63,006 nucleotides of DNA, filler included, from a bacterium (GCA_043817485.1; 8 parts of 8 records of this genome joined end to end with filler, not necessarily neighbours in it); one strand, 5' to 3'; numbered from the whole stretch's first letter, positions 42,984 to 52,999 are shown. Translations and numbers: made by a program. The notes: a model not told the origin generated them from the letters alone.

Positions 42984-44003
42984 ATGAATTCTTATGAACG
43001 CATGATAAATTTATTTTCAGGAAAACCAGTAGACAGATTACCTGCACAGCCACTTTGTATGACTTTTGCAGCACAATTAGCAGGCGTAAAATATTATGAT
43101 TATGTAACTGATTACCGTGTATTAGTTGAAGCACAACTCAAATTATATGAAAAATTTGGATTTGATATTATGTCATTATGTTCTGACCCTTGCAGAGAAG
43201 CTGTAGATTGTGGAGCTGACATAAAATGGTTTGAAAATCAACCACCGACTTCAAACCCAGATAATTCTTTACTAAAAGACAAAAATAAATTACTTGGGTT
43301 AAAACAACCTAATCCGTTAAGCAAAGGACAAATGTACGATAGAGTAAAAGGTGCTAAACTTTTTCGAGAAAAGGTTGGCAATGAAATTCCTATTCTTGGA
43401 TGGATTGAAGGACCAATGTCAGAAGGATCTGATTTACGTGGATTTGAAATTATGATGGATTTTATTGATGACCCAAAATTTGTTATTGACTTGTTTGAAT
43501 TTGTAACAGAAATGGAAATCAATTTTGCAAAAGCCCAAATAAATGCAGGTGTTGACATTATCGGTATTGGCGATGCCGCAGCTTCTTTAGTCAGTGCTGA
43601 TACATACCATGAGTACATTTTGCCATATGAAAAACGAATAATTGATGCTATTCACGAAATGGGTTGTTTTGTTAGATTACACATCTGCGGAAATATCAAC
43701 CATCTTCTTAAAGACATAAATAGTCTTAATATTGATATGATCGATATTGATTTTTTAACCAATCTCCATCTTACTAAAGATATTTTAAATCCCAATATTG
43801 CTATTCTTGGCAATATCAACCCTGTGAAATATTTTCTTGAAAGCACAGCAAAAGATGTATATAATGGATTATTTGAATGTCATCAAATCGTAGGTGATAA
43901 ATACATAATCGGCCCTGGATGTGAAATCCCTCCAGAAAGTAAATATGAAAATGTACAAGCAATTATGGAATATGCTCACTCCACTCAACAAAAAATTAAC
44001 TGA
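42984..44003 (+). CDS. Uroporphyrinogen decarboxylase family / MtaA-CmuA-like methyltransferase
   Basis: GKPVDRLP, GDAAASLVS, LHICGN, ILGNINP, PGCEIP. Confidence 0.85.
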   Translation: MNSYERMINLFSGKPVDRLPAQPLCMTFAAQLAGVKYYDYVTDYRVLVEAQLKLYEKFGFDIMSLCSDPCREAVDCGADIKWFENQPPTSNPDNSLLKDKNKLLGLKQPNPLSKGQMYDRVKGAKLFREKVGNEIPILGWIEGPMSEGSDLRGFEIMMDFIDDPKFVIDLFEFVTEMEINFAKAQINAGVDIIGIGDAAASLVSADTYHEYILPYEKRIIDAIHEMGCFVRLHICGNINHLLKDINSLNIDMIDIDFLTNLHLTKDILNPNIAILGNINPVKYFLESTAKDVYNGLFECHQIVGDKYIIGPGCEIPPESKYENVQAIMEYAHSTQQKIN

Positions 44004-44151
44004 TTTATTCCATACAAAATTTATTAAATTCAAACTATAATCCTTTTTTTTTGACTAATTTTTTCTTGCACTATATTCAAATAATAGTTACAATATTCAA
44101 GTAAAAAAGTAAAAAAAAATATAAAAATCTTATTAAAGGATTTTGTAAAAC

Positions 44152-45237
44152 ATGAAAATTTGTTTTATAGGTGATTTTTTAAGAAATCGTCATAATACTA
44201 CTTGGGTTCATTATTTTTATAATGCTGGTTATAATGTAGAACTTATAGGTGAACATAATCCTCAAATTAAAGGAATTCCATTTCATTCTTTAAAAGTTCC
44301 TCCTATTCCTTTTTTAAAAACATTTTTCCGTATTTGGAAAATAAAAAAAATTCTTCTTCAAAGCAAACCAGATATTCTTCATGCTTTTGATTCTATTTAT
44401 GGCTATCTTGGTGCTTTATCTTTTTTTCATCCTTTAGTAATTACTTTATGGAATGATGAAATTGCTTTATTTAAAATAAGAAATTTTTTAGAAAAAAAAT
44501 TTATTATCTATGGATTAAAAAAAGCTGATTTAATTACTGCAGATGCCAAATGTGTTGTTTCTTCTGTAGAAAATTTGTTGAATAAAAAAAATTTCATAGA
44601 ATTCATTCTTACGGGAATTGATCTTAATCTTTTTAACCCCAGATGTATTTCCGATTTAAAAAAACAATTAAATATTCCAGAAGATTTTTTAGTTGTTACG
44701 AGTTTAAGATCTTTTGAAAAAGAGTATTATAATCTTGATATTATTGTAAAATCTATTCCTTATATTATTGCAAATTTTCCTAAAACTATATTTTTATTTT
44801 TGCATAATGGTAAATTTTTTGAAAGTATTCAAAAACAAGTAAAAAAACTAAATATAGAAAAATTTGTAAAATTTGTAGGATTAGTTCCACATAACAAAAT
44901 GGCTCATTATCTTAATATTTCTGATATTGCTATTACCATTCCCTCAACAGATGCTACTTCTTCTTCTTTATTAGAAAGTATGGCATGTAAAATACCTATA
45001 ATTGCAAGTGATTTACCTGCTAATTGTGATTGGATAAAAAATGATTGGAATGGATTAATTGTACCTTCAAGAGATGTTAAAAAATTAGAAACAGCTATTT
45101 TAATTTTACTAAAAAATTTCAATCAAAGAAAAATATTTGCAGAAAGAAGTTTTGAAATAGTAAAACAATTTGATTATAAATTACATATGAAAAAAATGAA
45201 AGAATTATATCAAAATTTAGTAAAGACTTTCAGTTAA
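44152..45237 (+). CDS. Glycosyltransferase family 4
   Basis: PDILHA, GIDLNLF, LLESMACKIPIIASD, NGLIV. Confidence 0.88.
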   Translation: MKICFIGDFLRNRHNTTWVHYFYNAGYNVELIGEHNPQIKGIPFHSLKVPPIPFLKTFFRIWKIKKILLQSKPDILHAFDSIYGYLGALSFFHPLVITLWNDEIALFKIRNFLEKKFIIYGLKKADLITADAKCVVSSVENLLNKKNFIEFILTGIDLNLFNPRCISDLKKQLNIPEDFLVVTSLRSFEKEYYNLDIIVKSIPYIIANFPKTIFLFLHNGKFFESIQKQVKKLNIEKFVKFVGLVPHNKMAHYLNISDIAITIPSTDATSSSLLESMACKIPIIASDLPANCDWIKNDWNGLIVPSRDVKKLETAILILLKNFNQRKIFAERSFEIVKQFDYKLHMKKMKELYQNLVKTFS

Positions 45238-45588
45238 AAAAGCATTTTTATATAAATCAATTTTATCATTTTCTATGCTTATCACATCAAATCTACAGGA
45301 CTTACCAAAACATTTTTTTTCTTGTAAATAAAAAATAGCTGATTTGACAAGATGATTTTTTTTACGAATAGTAATTGCTTCCATAGGCATTCCATATTTA
45401 TTTGAAGTACGAAACTTAACTTCTACAAAAACTATAGTTTCTTTATCTAAAGCAATAATATCAATTTCTCCATAACGAGAAAAACGAAAATTTTTTTCTA
45501 AAATAATATAGCCATTTTTTTCAAGAAAATTAACAGCAATATTTTCTCCATACTTACCTTTATTTTTACGATTTTGAAATTGTTCCAC
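45217..45588 (-). CDS. yraN: YraN (UPF0102) family PD-(D/E)xK nuclease-like protein
   Basis: GKYGENIA, GEIDII, VFVEVK, RFDVI. Confidence 0.92.
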   Translation of the reverse strand: MEQFQNRKNKGKYGENIAVNFLEKNGYIILEKNFRFSRYGEIDIIALDKETIVFVEVKFRTSNKYGMPMEAITIRKKNHLVKSAIFYLQEKKCFGKSCRFDVISIENDKIDLYKNAFLTESLY

Positions 45589-46507
45589 TTTTCATCCAAT
45601 CATTAATAACTTTCTTATGATCAAAAGCCATATTTTCAGGTAATTCATTAAAATTAAATTCATTTACTTTTTGAGCATCAGATTGAGCTTTTATTTTCCC
45701 TTTACAGGAAACTATAAAAACAGTAGTAATAGTATGGAATCTTGGATCTCTATTAGGAGCAGAATAAGTATGAAATTGTTCTAATGTTTCAATTTCTAAA
45801 TTAGTTTCTTCTTTAACTTCTCTTATAATTGCTTGTTCTAAACTTTCTCCATATTCTACAAAACCACCTGGTAATGCCCAACCAAAAGGAGGATTTTTTC
45901 TTTCAATAAGAATAATTTTATCATCTTTTTTAATAATAGCATCAACAGTAGGCAAAGGATATTTAAAAATTTTGTTTTGAATAGTTTTTAAATGTTCTAC
46001 AATTACATTTTGAAATATTTTATAAGATTTTTCATCATACAAAACATAAACTATTTTTTTTAAAAAATCAGAATTTTGACAAAAAAAGATGGCTTCTTCA
46101 ATTAAAATTTTAGCAGTTTGTTCTTTTGAAAACTTTCCTACTCCACAACCTAATGCTGGAAAAGCAATAGAGGTAATATTATTTTCTTTTACTACTTTAA
46201 AACTATTTTTTGTAGATTCTCTAATGATATTTTCATTAGTAATAAAATCCATTCCCATAGTAGCAGCATGAATAATATATTTAGCTTTTAATTTTCCTCC
46301 ACTTGTTATTACTGCTTCTCCAATTTTAATAGGTGCTAATTTATTTGCTTCTTCCTGAACTTTAAATCCAGCTTTATTTCTAATTTTCAAAGCAAGCCCA
46401 CCACCCATAACAAGTTTATTATTAGCTGAATTTACAATAGCATCCAGTTCTTGTAAAATGATATCGCCTTGTATTATTTCTATTAAAGTATGATTTATTT
46501 GCAACAT
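45566..46507 (-). CDS. Macrodomain-Nudix hydrolase fusion protein
   Basis: GDI, DAIVNSAN, MGGGLA, IIHAA, AFPALGCGVG; then the Nudix box GGFVEYGESLEQAIIREVKEETNL, RDPR and AFDH. Confidence 0.9.
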   Translation of the reverse strand: MLQINHTLIEIIQGDIILQELDAIVNSANNKLVMGGGLALKIRNKAGFKVQEEANKLAPIKIGEAVITSGGKLKAKYIIHAATMGMDFITNENIIRESTKNSFKVVKENNITSIAFPALGCGVGKFSKEQTAKILIEEAIFFCQNSDFLKKIVYVLYDEKSYKIFQNVIVEHLKTIQNKIFKYPLPTVDAIIKKDDKIILIERKNPPFGWALPGGFVEYGESLEQAIIREVKEETNLEIETLEQFHTYSAPNRDPRFHTITTVFIVSCKGKIKAQSDAQKVNEFNFNELPENMAFDHKKVINDWMKSGTISKS

Positions 46508-46511
46508 ATTT

Positions 46512-47246
46512 TTACTTTATTTTTATGATTTCTTCTTTTAAAGGATATTTGCCACAAGTAAATTCTTTAGATTCTGGACAATATCCTAAACTTTCACATT
46601 TTGCTCCTGCATTAGAAAATATACTTGAAAGTTGTTCTTGACATATTTTCAACATTTGATTTGCTAAATTTCTAATTTCCCATTGTGCTCGCAAACAACA
46701 TCTTTGTTTGAAAAAATTTATAAGTTCTCGACAATTCATTGTTACTACTATTTTTGTTTCTACTGCTTGAGGTAATACAAACCTTGCTTCTTCATTTGCT
46801 TTTTCGCCAATTCTATTTTTTTCTTTAAATCTTGCTATAATTTTATTATAACTTTTTTGAATTTGCTCCATTATGTTTATAAATTCATTTTTTAACACTT
46901 CATCTTCTTCTATTGAAGGAGGTATAATATAAGCAAATTTTTCTTCTTTTACATATCTTTGGCTTTGTTGAGAATAAGAAGCAATTCTATGTCTTACTAA
47001 TTGATGAGTAAGAGCCCTAGATACTCCTTCTATGGCAAAAGTAAATTTCACATGTTCTAAAGGACTTTCATGACCAGAAGCAACAATTTTTTCAACAAAT
47101 TTTTTTTGCTCTTCTATAGATTTTGTATTATCTTCAAAAATATCACCAGCAAATTTAGCAGAATAACATTGTCTACAAGCAACATATATAAGTGAATTTG
47201 CATTTTGTGTCATTTCTAATAGAGATACATTTAATTTAGATTGCAT
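46512..47246 (-). CDS. thyX: Flavin-dependent thymidylate synthase
   Basis: GHESPLEH, SRALTHQLVRHRIASYSQQSQRY, ARFVLP, AQWEIR. Confidence 0.96.
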   Translation of the reverse strand: MQSKLNVSLLEMTQNANSLIYVACRQCYSAKFAGDIFEDNTKSIEEQKKFVEKIVASGHESPLEHVKFTFAIEGVSRALTHQLVRHRIASYSQQSQRYVKEEKFAYIIPPSIEEDEVLKNEFINIMEQIQKSYNKIIARFKEKNRIGEKANEEARFVLPQAVETKIVVTMNCRELINFFKQRCCLRAQWEIRNLANQMLKICQEQLSSIFSNAGAKCESLGYCPESKEFTCGKYPLKEEIIKIK

Positions 47247-47581
47247 AAATAACTCCTACATTATTTAAACTAATATTTGAATTTTTTTAAAATATGAGTT
47301 ACAATTTAACTAAAAATGGTCATAAAGTCAAGAATTTTTTTAAAATATGTGATTACTAAATAAAAATGTTAATTTTTTGTTAAAGGATAATCTTTTATAA
47401 AAGGTATCATAAATGCAATTTAAAATAATATCCTTTAATACCTATTATTAAAGAATGATTACCATGTGGGGTCATAAACCAAACATTTTTTTAAAAAATC
47501 TTGACAAATGTAAAACAATAATCATATACGATAAAAAAAGTTACTTAAAAATATAAATAAAAATTAGGAGAAACATAAAAA

Positions 47582-48289
47582 ATGTTAAAAAAAATAAAAT
47601 TAATAGGAATAATTGGATTTTTAATGATTGGATTTTCTTTTGGAGAAGAAATAGAAAAGATTTTAAAAAAAGTTGAAGAAAATAGTAACAAAATAAATAC
47701 AATGAAAGCAAAAATGATAATTAGCACAAGATATGAGAATAAAAAAAATGCAACAATGGTGCAAGAAGTTAATTACTTGTCTAAAAAACCAGATAAAATA
47801 AAAATGGAAATGCTAAAGCCAATGAAACAAACAATTGTATATAATGGAAATATAATGTATATGAAAAATCCCATGGATGGAAAAATAATAAAACAAGAAA
47901 TGCCTAAAGGTTCTGAAACTGAAATTTTTGATTTTGATAAAAATATCAAAAAAATGATAGATGGAAAAGAAATTGTTTTGAAAAAAACTATTATTCCAGA
48001 AAAAAAATATGTATTAGAAAGTAAATTTAAGCAAAATACAGAGGAAATGAGAACAGAAATGATAATTAATGCAGAAAATGGAACAGTAGAAGGAATAGAA
48101 ATTTTTGATAAAAATGAAAAAAAAATATCTGTTATAAAAATGGAATATAAATACTTTAAAAATGTTTGGGTTCCCGTGAAAATGATAAATACAATAATTA
48201 TAAATGAAAATAATTTAGTGTCTGAAGTTTTGTGGAAAAATATATCTATTAATTTTGAAATCGGAAATGAAGAATTTATATTAGAATAG
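47582..48289 (+). CDS. LolA-like outer membrane lipoprotein-sorting protein
   Basis: Signal peptide; KKPDKIKME..P..Q.IVYNG; WVPVKM; C-terminal INFEIGNEEF. Confidence 0.7.
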   Translation: MLKKIKLIGIIGFLMIGFSFGEEIEKILKKVEENSNKINTMKAKMIISTRYENKKNATMVQEVNYLSKKPDKIKMEMLKPMKQTIVYNGNIMYMKNPMDGKIIKQEMPKGSETEIFDFDKNIKKMIDGKEIVLKKTIIPEKKYVLESKFKQNTEEMRTEMIINAENGTVEGIEIFDKNEKKISVIKMEYKYFKNVWVPVKMINTIIINENNLVSEVLWKNISINFEIGNEEFILE

Positions 48290-48363
48290 GTTTTAATATT
48301 AAAAATACGAATATCGAAGCACGAAACAAATTCAATTGAAAACTTTTAAAATGTGAGAAAAAT

Positions 48364-48810
48364 ATGAATATTTTAATAATTCATGGGCCAAATTTAAATC
48401 TTTTAGGAACAAGAGAAAAAAATATTTATGGAAATAAAACTTTGGAAGAAATAAATGAAATATTGCAAAATGAAGCAAAAAAATATGAAGTAAATTTAAA
48501 AATTTTTCAATCAAATTGTGAAGGAGAAATAATAGATTTTATTCATAAACATATTGATTGGGCAAATACCTTAATTATAAATCCAGGTGCTTATACGCAT
48601 ACAAGCATAGCTATTAGAGATGCAATTTTAGGAACAGGTATTTCTACAATTGAAGTTCATCTTTCTAATATTTATAAAAGAGAAGATTTTAGACAAATAT
48701 CATTTATTTCTGACATTGCAAGGGGAACTATTGCTGGGTTTGGTTATTATGGTTATATTTTAGCTTTAATGGCTGCAATTGATAGCAACAATAACTCATT
48801 TACAAGTTAA
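48364..48810 (+). CDS. aroQ: Type II 3-dehydroquinate dehydratase
   Basis: HGPNLNLLGTRE..YG, QSNCEG, NPGAYTHTSIAIRDA, EVHLSN. Confidence 0.96.
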   Translation: MNILIIHGPNLNLLGTREKNIYGNKTLEEINEILQNEAKKYEVNLKIFQSNCEGEIIDFIHKHIDWANTLIINPGAYTHTSIAIRDAILGTGISTIEVHLSNIYKREDFRQISFISDIARGTIAGFGYYGYILALMAAIDSNNNSFTS

Positions 48811-48834
48811 CATATAATACTAAAATACATCAAA

Positions 48835-49045
48835 GAAAATCCGAAATCCGAAACAAATTTCAATAACCAAAATTTGAAAAAAATTTTCAATTTAAAATAA
48901 ATTCGAATGTTCAAAACAAAAAAATACATAAAAAAAATTTCGAAAAACAAATATCATATTTTTAATCCAAAATTATAAACATTTCAATTCGTTCCATAGG
49001 AACGAAATATTGGTAAATACGAATATCGAAATTCGAAACAAAAAA
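48835..49045. repeat. Repeat mosaic (heptamer array plus REP hairpin) upstream of HEPN gene
   Basis: AATCCGAAATCCGAAACAAAT; 48950-49015 is approximately the reverse complement of 13031-13100; CGTTCC-ATA-GGAACG. Confidence 0.8.
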
Positions 49046-49110
49046 AGAGTGAAAGATATACAATTGCAAACTTTTAAAAAATACTTAAAGTGATAATAGG
49101 GGCGAGAGAG

Positions 49111-49386
49111 ATGATAAAAGAAGAACATATCAATTATTGGCGCGAAAGTGCTCGACACGATATTGAAGCTGCTGAAGGTATATTTGATTCAAAAAGATAT
49201 GATTGGTGTTTATTTGTGGGACATTTAGCATTAGAAAAAATTTTGAAGGCGGTATTCGTCGATAGAAATGATAATAATATGCCTCCAAAAATTCATAATC
49301 TTGTAAGATTAGCAGAATTATCTAAAATAGAAATAGATGACGAGCAGAAATTCCTTTTAGACAAAATAAATGATTTTAATATTCAG
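49111..49386 (+). CDS. HEPN domain protein, 3'-truncated by contig end
   Basis: YWRESARHD, YDWCLFVGHLALEKILKA, PPKIHNLVRLA. Confidence 0.88.
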
Positions 49387-49631
49387 NNNNNNNNNNNNNN
49401 NNNNNNNNNNNNNNNNNNNNNNNNNNNNNNTTAATTAATTAANNNNNNNNNNNNNNNNNNNNNNNNNNNNNNNNNNNNNNNNNNNNATCTTAATAAATAT
49501 AAATTTTTTTAAAATTTAATAAATATTTTTATGAACAAACAAGTATTTGCTCATGAAAATATTTATTATTATGGCACCAATTCTCATTGCCACAATTAAA
49601 TTAGCATAACCTAATAAACAATAAGGAAAAA

Positions 49632-50120
49632 ATGAAAAAAATAGGAATAATATCAGATACTCATATTCCAATAACAGCTTCTTGTCTACCTTGTGAAATT
49701 TTAAAAGCATTTCAAAATGTTGATTTAATTTTACATTGTGGAGATTTAGTAGATATTAAAGTTTTGGAAGATTTAAAAAAATTGGCTACAGTTAAAGCAG
49801 TAGCTGGAAATATGGATTCTCAAGAAGTTGTTTCTGCTTTACCTCAAAAAGAAATAATAGAAATAGAAAAAGTAAAAATTGGTCTCATCCATGGAAAAGG
49901 ATCTCCTGATAATTTAATAGATTATGTAAATAGTCAATTTGATAATGATATAGATATAATTGTTTTTGGACATTCTCATCAAGCTTTAAGTAAAAAAATT
50001 AAAAATAAACTTTATTTTAATCCTGGATCTCCAACAGATAAAAGATTTGCTCCTTATAATTCTTATGGATTAATTTATATTGATTCAAAAGAAATAAAAG
50101 AAAAAATAATTAAAATTTAG
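49632..50120 (+). CDS. YfcE/MJ0936-family metallophosphoesterase
   Basis: ISDTH, HCGD, GNMD, HG, FGHSH, NPGS. Confidence 0.9.
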   Translation: MKKIGIISDTHIPITASCLPCEILKAFQNVDLILHCGDLVDIKVLEDLKKLATVKAVAGNMDSQEVVSALPQKEIIEIEKVKIGLIHGKGSPDNLIDYVNSQFDNDIDIIVFGHSHQALSKKIKNKLYFNPGSPTDKRFAPYNSYGLIYIDSKEIKEKIIKI

Positions 50121-50138
50121 TTTAAAAAAAGGTATCTT

Positions 50139-50687
50139 TTGAAAATATTAAATGGTCAAAATAAAGGTGGAAAACTTTCTTCATTTAAAGATAAAAATAT
50201 TCGCCCTATTAAAAATATAGTAAAACAAGCTTTATTTAATATATTACAAGAAAAAATTTTTCAATCTAAAATATTAGATCTTTTTTCTGGCACAGGCGGA
50301 ATTGGAATAGAAGCACTTAGTAGAAATGCAAATTTTGTTACTTTTGTTGACAAATCTTTATTAAGCATTAAAATGATTGAAGAAAATTTAAAAAAATTTA
50401 ACTTAAATTCAAAAGCTAATGTTTTAAAAAAAGATGTTTTAAAAGCAATAAATTTTCTAATTGCTAAAAATGAAAAATTTAATATAATTTTTATTACACC
50501 ACCTTATTATAAAGATTTAGAAATAAAATGTTTGGAAATTATTGATCCACTTTTACTTAATAACGGCATAATTATAATTCAACATTATAAAAAAACAATT
50601 CTCCCTTCTAATACAGAAAAATTAGTAAAGACCAAAGAAAAAAAATATGGTGAAACAATTCTTTCTTTTTTTGAAAATAAATACTAA
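50139..50687 (+). CDS. rsmD: 16S rRNA m2G966 methyltransferase RsmD
   Basis: IRP, ALFNIL, LDLFSGTGGIGIEALSR, TPPY, KKYGET; precedes coaD. Confidence 0.88.
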   Translation: MKILNGQNKGGKLSSFKDKNIRPIKNIVKQALFNILQEKIFQSKILDLFSGTGGIGIEALSRNANFVTFVDKSLLSIKMIEENLKKFNLNSKANVLKKDVLKAINFLIAKNEKFNIIFITPPYYKDLEIKCLEIIDPLLLNNGIIIIQHYKKTILPSNTEKLVKTKEKKYGETILSFFENKY

Positions 50688-50714
50688 ATTACATTTAATT
50701 GGTATAAGGAAAAA

Positions 50715-51197
50715 ATGGAAAAAATAGCAGTATATCCAGGTAGTTTTGACCCTCCTACAAATGGGCATGTTGATTTAATTGAAAGAGGATCTAAAATTTT
50801 TGACAAATTAATTATTGCAATACTTGAAAATTCTCATAAAGAAGTTTTATTTTCTTCAGATGAAAAAATTGAAATGTTAAAAGAAATTATAAAAAAATAT
50901 TCTAATGTAGAAGTAATTAAATTTAAAGGATTATTAACATCTTTTCTTAAAAAAATAAAAGCTAAAATAGTTATTAGGGGCTTAAGAACCATTTCTGATT
51001 TCGAATATGAATTTCAAATGAGTTTAATGAATAAAGAATTAAATGAAAAAATTGAAACTATTTTTTTCATGCCATCTAAAGAAAATTTATTTATAAGTTC
51101 TAAATTAATTAAAGAAATAGCCAAACATCAAGGAAATTTATCTCATTTTGTTCCTTTTGTAAGTGAACAAAAATTAAAAGAAAAATTTTCTTTTTAA
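50715..51197 (+). CDS. coaD: Pantetheine-phosphate adenylyltransferase
   Basis: YPGSFDPPTNGH, RGLR..SDFEYE, ISSKLIKEIA. Confidence 0.96.
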   Translation: MEKIAVYPGSFDPPTNGHVDLIERGSKIFDKLIIAILENSHKEVLFSSDEKIEMLKEIIKKYSNVEVIKFKGLLTSFLKKIKAKIVIRGLRTISDFEYEFQMSLMNKELNEKIETIFFMPSKENLFISSKLIKEIAKHQGNLSHFVPFVSEQKLKEKFSF

Positions 51198-51218
51198 TTT
51201 TTTTAAAGGAGTAAAAAA

Positions 51219-51854
51219 ATGGAATTAAAAGAAATTGTTGAAAGTTTAATAAAAGGTAATGCTAATAAAGTAAAAGAATTAGTGAACCAAGCATTAGAAG
51301 AACAAAAACCAATTAAAGAAATACTTAATCAAGGCTTACTTGAAGGAATGAATATTATCGGAGGACGATTTAAAAGAAATGAAGTTTTTATTCCAGAAGT
51401 TTTGATAGCAGCAAGAGCCATGCATGCTGGAATGGATATTTTAGAACCTTTTTTATCTAAAGCTGGAATAAAAGCTCTTGCTAAAATTGCTATAGGTACA
51501 GTTAAAGGAGATTTACATAATATTGGTAAAAATTTAGTTGTAATGATGTGGAAAGGAGCTGGATTTGAAGTTATAGATTTAGGAATTGATGTTGCTACAG
51601 AAAAATTTATTGAAGTAGTAAAAAAAGAAAATGTTTCGCTTATTGGAATGTCTGCTTTATTAACTACTACTATGACAGTTATGAAACAAACTATAGATAA
51701 ATTTAAAGAAGAAGGTTTAAGAGATAAAGTTAAAATAATGATAGGCGGTGCTCCAATTTCTCAAAACTATGCTGATGAAATAGAAGCAGATGGCTATGCA
51801 CCTGATGCAGCAAGTGCTGTAGATAAAGTAAAAGAACTTTTGAAATTAAATTAA
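51219..51854 (+). CDS. Corrinoid (cobalamin-binding) protein of a methyltransferase system
   Basis: FIPEVL, GTVKGDLHNIGKNLV, DLGIDV, SALLTTT, GGAP, ADGYAPDA. Confidence 0.92.
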   Translation: MELKEIVESLIKGNANKVKELVNQALEEQKPIKEILNQGLLEGMNIIGGRFKRNEVFIPEVLIAARAMHAGMDILEPFLSKAGIKALAKIAIGTVKGDLHNIGKNLVVMMWKGAGFEVIDLGIDVATEKFIEVVKKENVSLIGMSALLTTTMTVMKQTIDKFKEEGLRDKVKIMIGGAPISQNYADEIEADGYAPDAASAVDKVKELLKLN

Positions 51855-51879
51855 TTTTTTATTTTGTTATTTTTCTTTG

Positions 51880-51985
51880 TTTTTAATTTCGTATTTTTGT
51901 CATTCAAATTTATTTCAAATTGAAAATTGAAAATTTGTTTTGAATTTTGGTCATTCGAATTTGTTTCGAATTTCGAATTTTTTTC
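51880..51985. repeat. Heptamer-array repeat module
   Basis: TTTCGTATTTTTGTCATTCAAATTTATTTCAAATTGAAAATT...GGTCATTCGAATTTGTTTCGAATTTCGAATTT. Confidence 0.75.
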
Positions 51986-52005
51986 TATACTATTAGGAGT
52001 AAATT

Positions 52006-52999
52006 ATGAACCTATTTCAAATAGGTGAAATGGGTTTAATAGAAAAATTAAAGAAAAAAGTAAAACTTTATAACAAAGAAGTAGTTGTTGGTATTGGTGA
52101 TGATACAGCAGTAATTAAAAAAAACAATGATACCTATTATCTTATGACTACAGATTCTATGTTAGAAAAAGTACATTTTTTTCAAGATACAAATCCTTTT
52201 TTATTAGGCAAAAAAGCAGTAAATATTAATATAAGCGATATTGCTTCTATGGGAGGTATTCCTAAATATATTTTACTTTCTTTAGGAATGCCTAAAAATA
52301 CTTCATTGAAATGGATAAAAAAATTTCAAAAAGGAATTTTTGATGTTTGTGAACAACATCAAATAGATTTAATTGGTGGAGATTTATTTAATTCTTCAAA
52401 AATAACTATTGTTTTAATGATGGTAGGAGAAGTCAAAAAAAAATATCTATGTTTAAGAACTAAAACTTCTCCTGAAGATCTTATTTTAACTACTGGTACA
52501 CTCGGAGATTCTAAATTTGGATTAGAAATTTTACAAAAAAAACAACAAATAAAAGAAACAAAAGCAAAAAATTTTTTTATAAATAAACATCTTAATCCTA
52601 TTGCACGATTAAAAGAAGCAAAAATATTATCTCAAAGCAAATGTTTGACTACTCTTACAGATTTAAGTGATGGGCTTAGCAAAGGATTGAAAATAATGGC
52701 AAACTCAAACAAAGTAGATTTAAAAATAAATTTAGATAAAATACCAATTTCGTCTTATTTGAAAAAATATTCTAAAGACAATGCTAATTATTTTGCTTTA
52801 ATAGGTGGAGAAGATTATGAACTTTTATTTACTATCAAATCTTCATCTTATGAAAATTTTAAAAAGTACTGTCAAAAAACAAAAATTACATCAACTGTTA
52901 TTGGAGAAGTAATTAAAGGAAAAGGGAATATCTATATTATTGATAAAAACAAAAAAAAAACTGCTTAAAAATTTTGGATATGATCATTATGGTTTTTAA
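52006..52999 (+). CDS. thiL: Thiamine-monophosphate kinase; C-terminal frameshift in the A run from 52951
   Basis: GIGDDTA, NISDIASMGG, DLSDGL, GGEDYELLFT; the conserved GYDH tail appears in another frame ending at 52999. Confidence 0.92.

Noticed and set aside
47380-47500. Possible riboswitch/ncRNA between thyX and the LolA-like gene
   Set aside because: Slightly GC-richer patch but no recognisable aptamer consensus or convincing stems; an Rfam scan would be needed
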